Assembly (NCBI GenBank): GCA_020052895.1
Contig: JAGVOE010000048.1
Span: 1 to 39,466, forward strand
Length of the DNA stretch: 39,466 bases
Source: Candidatus Woesebacteria bacterium
Lineage (GTDB): Bacteria; Patescibacteriota; Microgenomatia; UBA1400; MFAQ01
Reading direction: 5' to 3'
Every line of letters begins with the position of its first letter. Positions within the stretch are counted from its first letter, which is position 1. The notes below the pieces were generated by a model that saw only the letters and a list, made by a program, of their open reading frames with translations, did no database searches and had not been told where the DNA came from. This document shows, piece by piece, positions 1 to 7,844 of the stretch. The position numbers were made by a program, and so were the translations under genes.

Positions 1-530
1 AGATCGATTATGTTGAGATTATTAAAGAAAAACTGGGAATTGATATCTTTAAATCTACCGAAGCGGAGATGCTGACCGCGGTGAAGAAAAACGGAGTAGT
101 GTTGACCGGAGCAATTAACAGAAGCCGTTTGATTGATAACTGCTGGAAGATAGTTCGCAAAACCATCGCCGGCCCGGCGTTTCTTTTGAACGAGCCGAAG
201 TTTATGTCGCCCTTAGCTAAGAGCAAACCGGAAAACCCGGACCTCACCGAAAGATTTCATGTCATTATAGCCGGCTCCGAGCTGGGTAATGGCTACACAG
301 AATTGAATGATCCTGAGGATCAAAAAGCTCGCTTTGAAGAGCAGCAAGGACAGAGAGAAGCCGGAGATGAAGAGGCTCAGATGCTGGACGCTGACTTTGT
401 AGAGATGCTGGAGTATGGTATGCCACCTACTTCTGGCTGGGGCCACTCAGAAAGACTTTTCTGGTTCCTGGAAGATATATCCGGAAGAGAAGGAGTGCTA
501 TTTCCACCATTAAGAATTAAAAAAGATTAA
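1..530 (+). CDS. lysS: lysyl-tRNA synthetase, class II, C-terminal part (5' end outside window)
   Basis: The frame is open from base 3. The translation contains FHVIIAGSELGNGYTELNDPEDQ and LEYGMPPTSGWGHSERL, typical of the class II LysRS catalytic core. Confidence 0.9.
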   Translation, partial: IDYVEIIKEKLGIDIFKSTEAEMLTAVKKNGVVLTGAINRSRLIDNCWKIVRKTIAGPAFLLNEPKFMSPLAKSKPENPDLTERFHVIIAGSELGNGYTELNDPEDQKARFEEQQGQREAGDEEAQMLDADFVEMLEYGMPPTSGWGHSERLFWFLEDISGREGVLFPPLRIKKD

Positions 531-580
531 AATTTATTTAGATTCCGGATCAACCCGTTTGTCGATGAGTCAGGTCTGGA

Positions 581-1861
581 ATGACAAGAAACAATATGGA
601 AGAAAAAAAGATAGATCAGACTGAGGAACATCTAGACCCAAGAGATCATCGTGTCTTGGGACGCGAACTAGATCTATTTACATTTTCGGATACAGTCGGG
701 AAAGGCTTACCTCTTTGGACACCTAGAGGGGCGACTTTTCGAAGAGAGCTGGAAAAGTTTGTCGTAGAGACGGAAATTGAGTGGGGATATCAACACGTCT
801 ATACCCCAGATATTGCCAAGATCGACCTGTACAAGAAGTCGGGTCACTACCCTTACTATAAGGACACCATGTATGCGCCAATTCAAATAGATGAAGAGGA
901 ATTTATGCTTCGCCCGATGACCTGCCCGCACCACTTCGAACTTTTCTTGTCCAAGCCGAGAAGCTACAAAGAATTGCCAATGCGAATTGCAGAGATTGCC
1001 AAACTGTATAGATACGAGCTGTCCGGAGTGCTTTCGGGACTGACAAGAGTTCGTTCTTTTTGTTTGGCGGATGCGCACATAATCTGTGCTGATGAAGACC
1101 AGGCAAAAACGGAAATTGCTCACGCTATAGATCTGATTGAGTATATGGCCGGAGTTTTTGGTTTGAAGATGGGCAAAGACTTTTCTTACAGATTGTCACT
1201 GGGTGACAGAAACGATAAAAAGAAGTATTTTGACGATGACAAATCTTGGGATAAATCGGAAGGAATTTTGAGAGAAGTACTAAACGAAAGAAAAAGCAAG
1301 TTTGTGGAAGCCGAGGGAGAGGCGGCTTTTTATGGCCCCAAGATCGACATTCAGATGAAAAAGATCAATGGGGTCGAAGAAACAGCTTTTACGGTGCAGT
1401 ACGACTTTGTGATGCCGACACGGTTTGACTTGAAGTTTACAGCGAGTGATGGCACCGAAAAGTTGCCTTTGGTGATTCACCGATCCAGTATTGGGGCGAT
1501 CGAAAGAATCGCGGCGTTTTTGCTGGAGCACTTCAACGGAGCCTTACCTCTGTGGTTATCACCATACCAAGTAGCAGTGCTGCCGATCTCCGAGAAAACC
1601 TTGGAGTACTCGGAAAAGATAGTCAAAGAGCTAAAGGCTCAAGGGATTCGAGTAGAGCTGAATACCGAAGCTGACTCTCTGGGCAAGAAGATCAGAAATG
1701 CCGAAGCTTCGAAAGTGCCATACATGCTAATCATTGGCGAAAAAGAGGTCAAGAGCGAACAGGTGTCCGTGCGAGCTAGGGGACAGAAAGATCTGGGTGC
1801 GATGACACTAGCTGATTTTGCCAAAAAAATTATTAAAGAAGATAAGGAGAAAAGCTTGTAA
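581..1861 (+). CDS. thrS: threonyl-tRNA synthetase, short form (catalytic plus anticodon-binding domains only)
   Basis: From residue ~20 it matches the E. coli ThrRS catalytic core (RDHRVLGRELDLF, MLRPMTCPHH, ADAHII, VIHRS). The Zn ligands Cys/His/His are present. No TGS or N-terminal editing domain is present. Confidence 0.9.
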   Translation: MTRNNMEEKKIDQTEEHLDPRDHRVLGRELDLFTFSDTVGKGLPLWTPRGATFRRELEKFVVETEIEWGYQHVYTPDIAKIDLYKKSGHYPYYKDTMYAPIQIDEEEFMLRPMTCPHHFELFLSKPRSYKELPMRIAEIAKLYRYELSGVLSGLTRVRSFCLADAHIICADEDQAKTEIAHAIDLIEYMAGVFGLKMGKDFSYRLSLGDRNDKKKYFDDDKSWDKSEGILREVLNERKSKFVEAEGEAAFYGPKIDIQMKKINGVEETAFTVQYDFVMPTRFDLKFTASDGTEKLPLVIHRSSIGAIERIAAFLLEHFNGALPLWLSPYQVAVLPISEKTLEYSEKIVKELKAQGIRVELNTEADSLGKKIRNAEASKVPYMLIIGEKEVKSEQVSVRARGQKDLGAMTLADFAKKIIKEDKEKSL

Positions 1862-1870
1862 AATAGAGTT

Positions 1871-3088
1871 ATGGATGAAGCTAAGAAGAAACAACTAATT
1901 GAGAGTTTTTTAACTCGTGGAGTAGAAAATATTATTCCTGGGCGATCCGAACTGGAGAAATTGCTGTATTCTGGTAAGAAACTAAACGTGTACCTGGGGA
2001 TTGATCCGACGGCAACTCGCATCCACCTTGGGCATGCCTTTCCCCTTAGAAAATTGCAAATATTGGCAGATTTAGGACATAACGTGACTTTTTTGATAGG
2101 GGACTTTACGGCTAAAGTGGGTGACACTTCTGACAAAGAAGCCGAGAGACCAATCTTAACTGACGAGCAAATTGAAGAGAATTTTCAGACATACAAAAGA
2201 CAGGCGGCTAGGTTTTTGGATTTTGCCAAAATAAAAGTGGTTCATAACAGTGAATGGCTATCAAAGCTAAATTTTGGTGATGTTTTAAAACTGGCACAGA
2301 ATTTTTCCTTGAATGACTTTATTAGTCGTGAGCTGATTAAAAAGAGGTGGACTGAGGGGAAAAGAATCGCTCTGCCGGAAGTGTTTTATCCCATGATGCA
2401 AGGTTATGACAGCTATATCATGGATACCGACCTTCAGCTGGGTGGAACAGACCAGACTTTTAATATGCAAGCCGGTAGAACCCTGCAGAAGAATTTGAGA
2501 AGCAAGGAGTCGTTTGTAATGGCTAATGGATTTTTACCTGGAACTGATGGTAGGAAGATGAGCAAGAGTTGGGGGAATGCTGTCTGGATTGAAGATGCAC
2601 CAGAAGAGATCTACGGCAAGATAATGTCTACCAGCGATGATGTTTTGGGAGTTTACTTTGAAATGGGTACAAACGCACCGGTTGAAGTGATTGAAGATGC
2701 GAAGAAAAGACTTTCTGCTGGAGAGAACCCGATGAACCTGAAGAAAGAACTAGCAAAGGTAATTGTCAAAGAGTTGCATGGTGACGAAGCAGTGGCATTG
2801 GCTGAAGAGCACTTTAGAAAAACAGTGGTGGAAAAAGTTGCTGGGGAAGACACTCCGGTGATAAAGATTAACTTTGCGGTTCCAGTACTAGGTGCAGAGG
2901 CTTCACTGGCAGCTTACGCGATGGCCAACGGTCTTGTGTCGAGCAACACTGAATTCAAAACTCTTTTGAAAGAAGGTGCCATATATTTGAATGAAAAGAG
3001 AGTATCAACGGAACCAGAGTTGGAGCTTAAACAAGGTGAAAACGTGGTGAGAATTGGAAAGAGAAAGTATCTGAAGCTAGTTAAGTAA
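1871..3088 (+). CDS. tyrS: tyrosyl-tRNA synthetase
   Basis: It has the HIGH-type motif (RIHLGHAFPL) and KMSKS. GIDPTA and LQLGGTDQ are TyrRS-type. The C-terminus is S4-like. Confidence 0.9.
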   Translation: MDEAKKKQLIESFLTRGVENIIPGRSELEKLLYSGKKLNVYLGIDPTATRIHLGHAFPLRKLQILADLGHNVTFLIGDFTAKVGDTSDKEAERPILTDEQIEENFQTYKRQAARFLDFAKIKVVHNSEWLSKLNFGDVLKLAQNFSLNDFISRELIKKRWTEGKRIALPEVFYPMMQGYDSYIMDTDLQLGGTDQTFNMQAGRTLQKNLRSKESFVMANGFLPGTDGRKMSKSWGNAVWIEDAPEEIYGKIMSTSDDVLGVYFEMGTNAPVEVIEDAKKRLSAGENPMNLKKELAKVIVKELHGDEAVALAEEHFRKTVVEKVAGEDTPVIKINFAVPVLGAEASLAAYAMANGLVSSNTEFKTLLKEGAIYLNEKRVSTEPELELKQGENVVRIGKRKYLKLVK

Positions 3089-3094
3089 GCGGTT

Positions 3095-3433
3095 GTGGAA
3101 ACTGAAGACTTAATAGAAATAATACTTAAAAAAGAGTCGATCGTGAGATGGCAAGCGCTTGGGTGGTGCAGAACCTGGTCTGATCAGGTAATGGATATGT
3201 TGGGAGGAATGCCTGATATATTTACCGATATTGAGGCTAGAGAGGTCGAGCTTAGTCCTGCTTATTGGCACACCTTTGTGTCTGCAAAGACAAAAGAAGA
3301 GGGGAGGTATTTTTTCGACGTTAGAGGATTTGTGGGAAAAGAAGATGACGCACCTCCGAGCCTACAAGGTAGCAGGAGAGATAGTCTCTTAATGACCGAA
3401 AGAGAGATAAGGTACAAAAGTATTGACAAATAA
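3095..3433 (+). CDS. hypothetical protein (GTG start)
   Basis: A 112-aa ORF packed 6 nt after tyrS. No recognisable motif. Confidence 0.45.
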   Translation: METEDLIEIILKKESIVRWQALGWCRTWSDQVMDMLGGMPDIFTDIEAREVELSPAYWHTFVSAKTKEEGRYFFDVRGFVGKEDDAPPSLQGSRRDSLLMTEREIRYKSIDK

Positions 3434-3451
3434 ATTTATTATTGATAGATT
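3423..3451 (+). promoter_or_regulatory. sigma70-type promoter for the T-box leader
   Basis: TTGACA (3423-3428), a 17-nt spacer ending in TGA, then TAGATT (3446-3451). It lies about 28 nt upstream of T-box Stem I. Confidence 0.6.
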
Positions 3452-3478
3452 TGTATATTCTTTAACAGAATTGTGAAT

Positions 3479-3754
3479 GCGTCGAAGGAGAAATAGTAGG
3501 CAGTAAAGGTGACAAGAGAGAGCTTGCGGGTGGTGAAAGCAAGTCGAACTTTATTCGTCGAATTAACCCTCCCGAGCCGGTTTTGGTAACAAGACCCGGG
3601 TTCTCCCGTAATAGAGTTGTAGTGTGTCACCCCAGAAGGTAAACCGAGCACTAGAAAAGTTCATCTCCGCGAGGAGATGAAAAACACAAGGTGGTACCGT
3701 CTTTAATAAAAGGCCCTTGTCTGATCCTATTTTGGGGTTGGACGAGGGTTTTTT
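3479..3754 (+). promoter_or_regulatory. T-box riboswitch leader (tRNA-sensing transcription attenuator)
   Basis: Stem I has a GA/K-turn base (GCGUCGAAGGAG ... CUCCCGAGC), the AGUA S-turn element, an AGAGAGAG bulge and a GGUGGUGAAAGC distal loop. The specifier loop reads GAA-UUA-A (3560-3566). Stem III is CAUCUCC-GCGA-GGAGAUG (3662-3679). The T-box sequence is ACAAGGUGGUACCGUC. The antiterminator has helices ACAAGG/CCUUGU and GUCUUU/AAAGGC around a 7-nt UGGUACC bulge. A competing terminator follows. Confidence 0.85.
3714..3754 (+). terminator. intrinsic terminator of the T-box leader
   Basis: CCCUUGUC (3714-3721) pairs with GACGAGGG (3741-3748) and is followed by UUUUUU. The 5' strand overlaps the 3' strand of the antiterminator. 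Confidence 0.8.
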
Positions 3755-3771
3755 ATTATATAAATAACAAA

Positions 3772-6066
3772 ATGAAAGAAAAAAATACACAAGTTGAGTT
3801 TCTTAAAAAAGTCGAGGTTGACAAAAAGGTCAAGGAAATAGAGTTTTTGGGTAACTTGGTTTTGAAGTCGGATTTGTTTGCCGATGACAACAACGATGAG
3901 TTTCAGGTAATACTGCCCAATGGTGAAATGGTGGGAATATTTAAAACCTGGGCAGTTCCAGCGATACCCTTGATTGAGTCTGGAGTTGCTGATGGGTGGA
4001 AAACAGTCGAAAACTGGTCAAAAAAAATGAAGACGGAACCAGTAAAAGCATGGGAAAACTTGGAGCGGTGGAGAGGATTTGCTGAAAATAACGACAGACG
4101 TTTGTACAAAGTATTTTCCGAAATAGAGTTGCCGACAGACAAAAGGGAGAGAATTGCAGAACTATACACTAGACTAAAAATTGCTTTTGGATATGCCTCG
4201 CCTTTTTACCACATTGAAGCGATGGTGGGGGATGGAAACAATACCCAAGGAAACCCTTTTGCGGGAATAGATAAAGGAGTTTCAGGTGGATTTTTGGATA
4301 TGGTGGGAATGTTGCTGCCATCTGCTCTCGAAGATAGATTGACGGCAGAAAAACTTAATTGGAAAGGACTGTCGTGGAAAGAATTACAACAGAAAGTAGA
4401 AACTGAGGCGGACGTAAAGAAGCTGTCAGTTTTGTTGCGGGTAGCAAGAGCAGCGGGAATAAAAACGGAAGAAGTGCTTTTCGCTGCCAATGTACTAGAG
4501 TGGATACCTGTAAGTGTCGGTGGAAAGAAAGGAGACCTTTTTTCGGAGGAAGCCACTAGCCAATTGCTTCAAATTTCGGGATCATCAAGCGAGCTGGATT
4601 TGGATAGGGTTGCTAGAGATATGAATGGGCTGATTAGGTTTTTGAACTGGACTCCTTTGGTCAGAGGTCAAAATAACTTTTCGGAAACGGCGGGATGGAA
4701 GTATTCCGCTGTGTGTGAGACAGCCAATCTCTTGATTAAGGAACTATCGGATGGAAAACAAATGAGAGCCAATATCTCAAGTGACTTTGTGGAATTTGTT
4801 TTGCCTCAACTAACCAACTTGGATGCTTCTTCGGCTAGGGGAAGGTTCGCTTTGTGGATGCTAGAAAATAATTGGTTGGATAGAAATTTGGAGATAAAAA
4901 TCCGGTCCGGTGAGAAGAAAATAGTTAGAGAGATAGCAATAAGAATGGTGGAAGCAGAAAATGAAGATGAAGTAATTGATCTGGGTGCCAGTAACAGCCG
5001 ACAGCTAGTGGGAGGAAAAGCGGCTGGACTGTACGAGGCCTCGGTAATATTTGGAAAAGAGTTTGTGGACAATGGGGCGGTGGTGACAACGGAGGCAATT
5101 GACAGATGGCTTAAGTCCGACAGTGCTTTGTTTGACTTGATTAAAGATCTTGAAAGCTCAACGAGCATTCAAAGAAAGCTGAGTATCGGTGAAGAAATAA
5201 GAAAAAGGATATTGAATAAAAAGTTTCCAGAAGCTATTGTGGAAAAAATTCGGCAGAAGGTATCTTCGGAGCTAGTGGCGGTGAGATCTTCTTCTTTTGA
5301 TGAGGACACCCTAGTAAATGGCAGTGCTGCTGGAATTTATGAGAGTGAGGTGCCGGTGCTTCGTGAGCATATTGGTGACGGCCTAGTGTCTGTGGTGTCC
5401 TCCTTTTTCTCGGAGAAAGCCATTAGCTACAGACACCTACACAAGTTGTCTGACATACCCATGTTCGCTGGCCTGGTACATGATTACGTTGATGGCAGGG
5501 GTGGGGTCGTGTTTTCTGGAGGGAATTCGTCTGATTGGTCTGTGTTTACAGGAGCGACGCCTGGCCACATTGTGTCTGGAGATAGCCAGTTTGATAGTAT
5601 TGAAAAACGAGGAAGCAGGATCCAGACTAGCCTAAAAAATGGCTGGGTTGAAGCAGAAACTGTGAATTTATTGGGTGAAATGTCTGTTTTGGGAGAGGAA
5701 GTTCTGGGTGGAAAAGCGGACATAGAATTTGTAGTTGGTATCGAAGGAATCAAAATTTTGCAACTAAGAATGTTAAATGAGAAAAGCGAAGCGACTAAAA
5801 GAAAAATTGAGAAACCAAAACGCTGGTTTAATCTGACAGAAACTAAGAACTTGGCAGATGTTACTATTGATGGATCTGATCCTGTGGGACTAATAGTAGA
5901 TAGCTCGATGAATATAGAACAGTTCCAAGGAGAGCTTTTCCGATGTCTAGTTAGAAATAAAAACAGAATCACCGAGGTGAACCTGCCAAAGAAAATACCC
6001 GGAACTAGCCATTTTGCAAATATTTGTTTAAACTTAGGGATAAATTTAACTTTCAGAAATGAATAA
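3772..6066 (+). CDS. PEP-synthase/PPDK-family phosphotransferase (dikinase-like): novel N-terminal ~400 aa, ATP-grasp PPDK_N-type domain, C-terminal swivel phosphohistidine-like domain
   Basis: GGKAAGLYEA, VAVRSSSFDEDTLVNGSAAGIYES and GVVFSG match the PEP/pyruvate-binding ATP-grasp domain. The C-terminal PGTSHFANICLNLGI resembles the GGxTSHAAIvAReLGIP mobile His domain. The start is set at ATG 3772, because the upstream part of the 3691 ORF is the T-box terminator. Confidence 0.7.
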   Translation: MKEKNTQVEFLKKVEVDKKVKEIEFLGNLVLKSDLFADDNNDEFQVILPNGEMVGIFKTWAVPAIPLIESGVADGWKTVENWSKKMKTEPVKAWENLERWRGFAENNDRRLYKVFSEIELPTDKRERIAELYTRLKIAFGYASPFYHIEAMVGDGNNTQGNPFAGIDKGVSGGFLDMVGMLLPSALEDRLTAEKLNWKGLSWKELQQKVETEADVKKLSVLLRVARAAGIKTEEVLFAANVLEWIPVSVGGKKGDLFSEEATSQLLQISGSSSELDLDRVARDMNGLIRFLNWTPLVRGQNNFSETAGWKYSAVCETANLLIKELSDGKQMRANISSDFVEFVLPQLTNLDASSARGRFALWMLENNWLDRNLEIKIRSGEKKIVREIAIRMVEAENEDEVIDLGASNSRQLVGGKAAGLYEASVIFGKEFVDNGAVVTTEAIDRWLKSDSALFDLIKDLESSTSIQRKLSIGEEIRKRILNKKFPEAIVEKIRQKVSSELVAVRSSSFDEDTLVNGSAAGIYESEVPVLREHIGDGLVSVVSSFFSEKAISYRHLHKLSDIPMFAGLVHDYVDGRGGVVFSGGNSSDWSVFTGATPGHIVSGDSQFDSIEKRGSRIQTSLKNGWVEAETVNLLGEMSVLGEEVLGGKADIEFVVGIEGIKILQLRMLNEKSEATKRKIEKPKRWFNLTETKNLADVTIDGSDPVGLIVDSSMNIEQFQGELFRCLVRNKNRITEVNLPKKIPGTSHFANICLNLGINLTFRNE

Positions 6067-6787
6067 AAGCCAAATAGATTTGACTGATAAAATTGGAAAA
6101 GAAGCGGTGAGGCTTGACTGGGAAGAAGCCTTTGGAGGGAAGTCTTATGGGAACACTCATCTCTACAGAGTGAATAAGATTGCTAAACATTTACAAGAAA
6201 AAGAAGGGGGTAACTTGTTTATTATCCTGGTGGGCGCGTGGGTGCACGATGTTTCACTTGCAACTGGTAGCGACTATGATTCAGAGAGGGTGTCAATTGA
6301 GACAAAAAAGTTTTTGGACAAATTTAATTTATCTGAGAATGATAAAACGGTGATAGTTGAATCCGTTGCGGGACATGAAATTGAAGATGGGGAAAAAAGC
6401 CTTGAGGCGAAGATAGTACATGATGCTGATGCAGTTGATAAGTGTGGATCTCTAGGAATTGTTCGTCATATATGGAAAACAACAAATATGCTGAAAAATA
6501 GGGTACTTGAAAGTGATAAAGATTTGAGTGAGATTGAAAATCATATTAAAACTAGACAAGCTCACTTGATGACCATCACTGCTAATAATTTGGTAAAAGA
6601 TTTGAACGCACAAGGAAATAAATTTTTTGATGATAGAGATAAGGCAAGAATGATGATGAAAGAAATCTCTCGGTTAGCATGGTCAGGAATGAATGCAGAT
6701 AAAATTGTTAAGAAACTGAAAGAAACAAAAGACAGTGAATGGGTGGAAAATTTAGCCGGACAACTAAAGTGCAAATATTTGAAATAA
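6059..6787 (+). CDS. HD-domain metal-dependent phosphohydrolase
   Basis: It has H...HD...H...D signatures (HLYRV, AWVHDV, VAGHE, HDADAVDK). It overlaps the upstream gene by 8 nt. Confidence 0.7.
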   Translation: MNKSQIDLTDKIGKEAVRLDWEEAFGGKSYGNTHLYRVNKIAKHLQEKEGGNLFIILVGAWVHDVSLATGSDYDSERVSIETKKFLDKFNLSENDKTVIVESVAGHEIEDGEKSLEAKIVHDADAVDKCGSLGIVRHIWKTTNMLKNRVLESDKDLSEIENHIKTRQAHLMTITANNLVKDLNAQGNKFFDDRDKARMMMKEISRLAWSGMNADKIVKKLKETKDSEWVENLAGQLKCKYLK

Positions 6788-6788
6788 A

Positions 6789-7664
6789 ATGGAGACAGAG
6801 TACACAGAAACACAGATGGAGAGAAGCAGGCTGGTTGTAGAAATAGATGAACTTATAGAACAAAAAGAAGTCAAGGAATTAATTAAACTATTGTCTGTAA
6901 AAGGACAATCGGTCGGTAATTTGTTTGGCTTTGAGGTGATTTCTCTATTATCGGTAGACTTTGAGACAGTGGATCAGAAAATTGGTCTAGCCCTATTGGC
7001 TTCTGCTTGTTTTCAAAAACCAATGAGTTTAAATGGCGTAAGTTTAGTGGAATTTGATAAAGCGAAAATAAATATTGTAACCAACGAAGAAAAACTTTAC
7101 GGATTTTGGGGAGAGAAGTTTACCAAAGACGATAAGGGGAGAAATATATATTATGTTGATATTGTTGGGATATCCAATAACGTGAGATCAACTGGAATTG
7201 GAGGTGCTTTGGGTGAGATGTGTCTGTATAATTTTTTGGAAAATAACAGAAGTCAAGATACAGTGATACTGACAAGAACACAGAACCCAATAATGGTAGG
7301 AGCTTTAAAAAAATGTTTACCAAAATACTTGAAACTTTACCCATTTGAAGAAGATCCTTCTTTGGCATGGGTTGAATCTGTAAACTGGCTTGTTTCGAAT
7401 GGATTTATTTCACGGAATGATCGCCATGATACTCATTTCGACGCGCGGGAATCCTTAATACATTGGGGTGCTTATGGAGAGTGTGGAGATGGAAGTACGT
7501 GGGAAAACATGATCGAAAATTATATGGGAGAGATAGATTGGTCTAAAAATATTCCTATTGGAATGGTCAATTACCTAGTTAGAAATGGAACCAGTTTGGA
7601 AGAGAGTTTGACTAGAGGTCATGCATTTATCGTGGGTGGATTCATAGATAGATTAAAAAAGTGA
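6789..7664 (+). CDS. hypothetical protein, possibly GNAT-fold acyltransferase-like
   Basis: A 291-aa ORF starting 1 nt after the HD gene. VDIVGISNNVRSTGIGGALGE resembles GNAT motif A (R-x-x-G-x-G). The assignment is weak. Confidence 0.4.
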   Translation: METEYTETQMERSRLVVEIDELIEQKEVKELIKLLSVKGQSVGNLFGFEVISLLSVDFETVDQKIGLALLASACFQKPMSLNGVSLVEFDKAKINIVTNEEKLYGFWGEKFTKDDKGRNIYYVDIVGISNNVRSTGIGGALGEMCLYNFLENNRSQDTVILTRTQNPIMVGALKKCLPKYLKLYPFEEDPSLAWVESVNWLVSNGFISRNDRHDTHFDARESLIHWGAYGECGDGSTWENMIENYMGEIDWSKNIPIGMVNYLVRNGTSLEESLTRGHAFIVGGFIDRLKK

Positions 7665-7722
7665 TTGTTTGCGAATTATTTTTAAAATAAAAATCTTCTT
7701 ACCACTTTACCACTTCATACTA

Positions 7723-7750
7723 TTGACAGGAGATAAAACAATGGTACGAT
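7723..7750 (+). promoter_or_regulatory. candidate promoter (TTGACA, 16 nt, TGG-TACGAT)
   Basis: TTGACA 7723-7728 and an extended -10-like TGGTACGAT at 7742-7750. Confidence 0.4.
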
Positions 7751-7794
7751 GAGCTACAACATGAAATACTATTTGGATAGTAAGTAAGAGTTTG

Positions 7795-7815
7795 ACACCC
7801 ATTTGGGTGTTTTTT
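7795..7815 (+). terminator. intrinsic terminator-like hairpin
   Basis: ACACCC-AUUU-GGGUGU followed by UUUUU. It lies between the GNAT-like gene and the decarboxylase gene. Confidence 0.65.
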
Positions 7816-7844
7816 GTATCTAGTAATTAATAATCTCATAAAAT

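Noticed and set aside
3549-3555. Alternative T-box specifier registers UUU (Phe) or UAU (Tyr) in CUUUAUU
   Set aside because: This heptamer pairs with AGUAAAG (3502-3508) in the upper part of Stem I. The GAA-NNN-A context next to the basal helix is GAA-UUA-A at 3560-3566. The alternatives are kept only as a caveat.
3440-3770. Possibility that the large non-coding gap holds tmRNA, RNase P RNA, SRP RNA or 6S RNA
   Set aside because: No tRNA-like acceptor/T-arm ends, no GGAAAGUCCGG-type RNase P motif and no SRP domain IV motif were seen. The T-box architecture explains the whole region.
3691-3771. N-terminal 27 codons of the 791-aa ORF in the supplied track
   Set aside because: This stretch coincides with the T-box antiterminator and terminator and its U-tract. 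The in-frame ATG at 3772 after the terminator is the plausible start.
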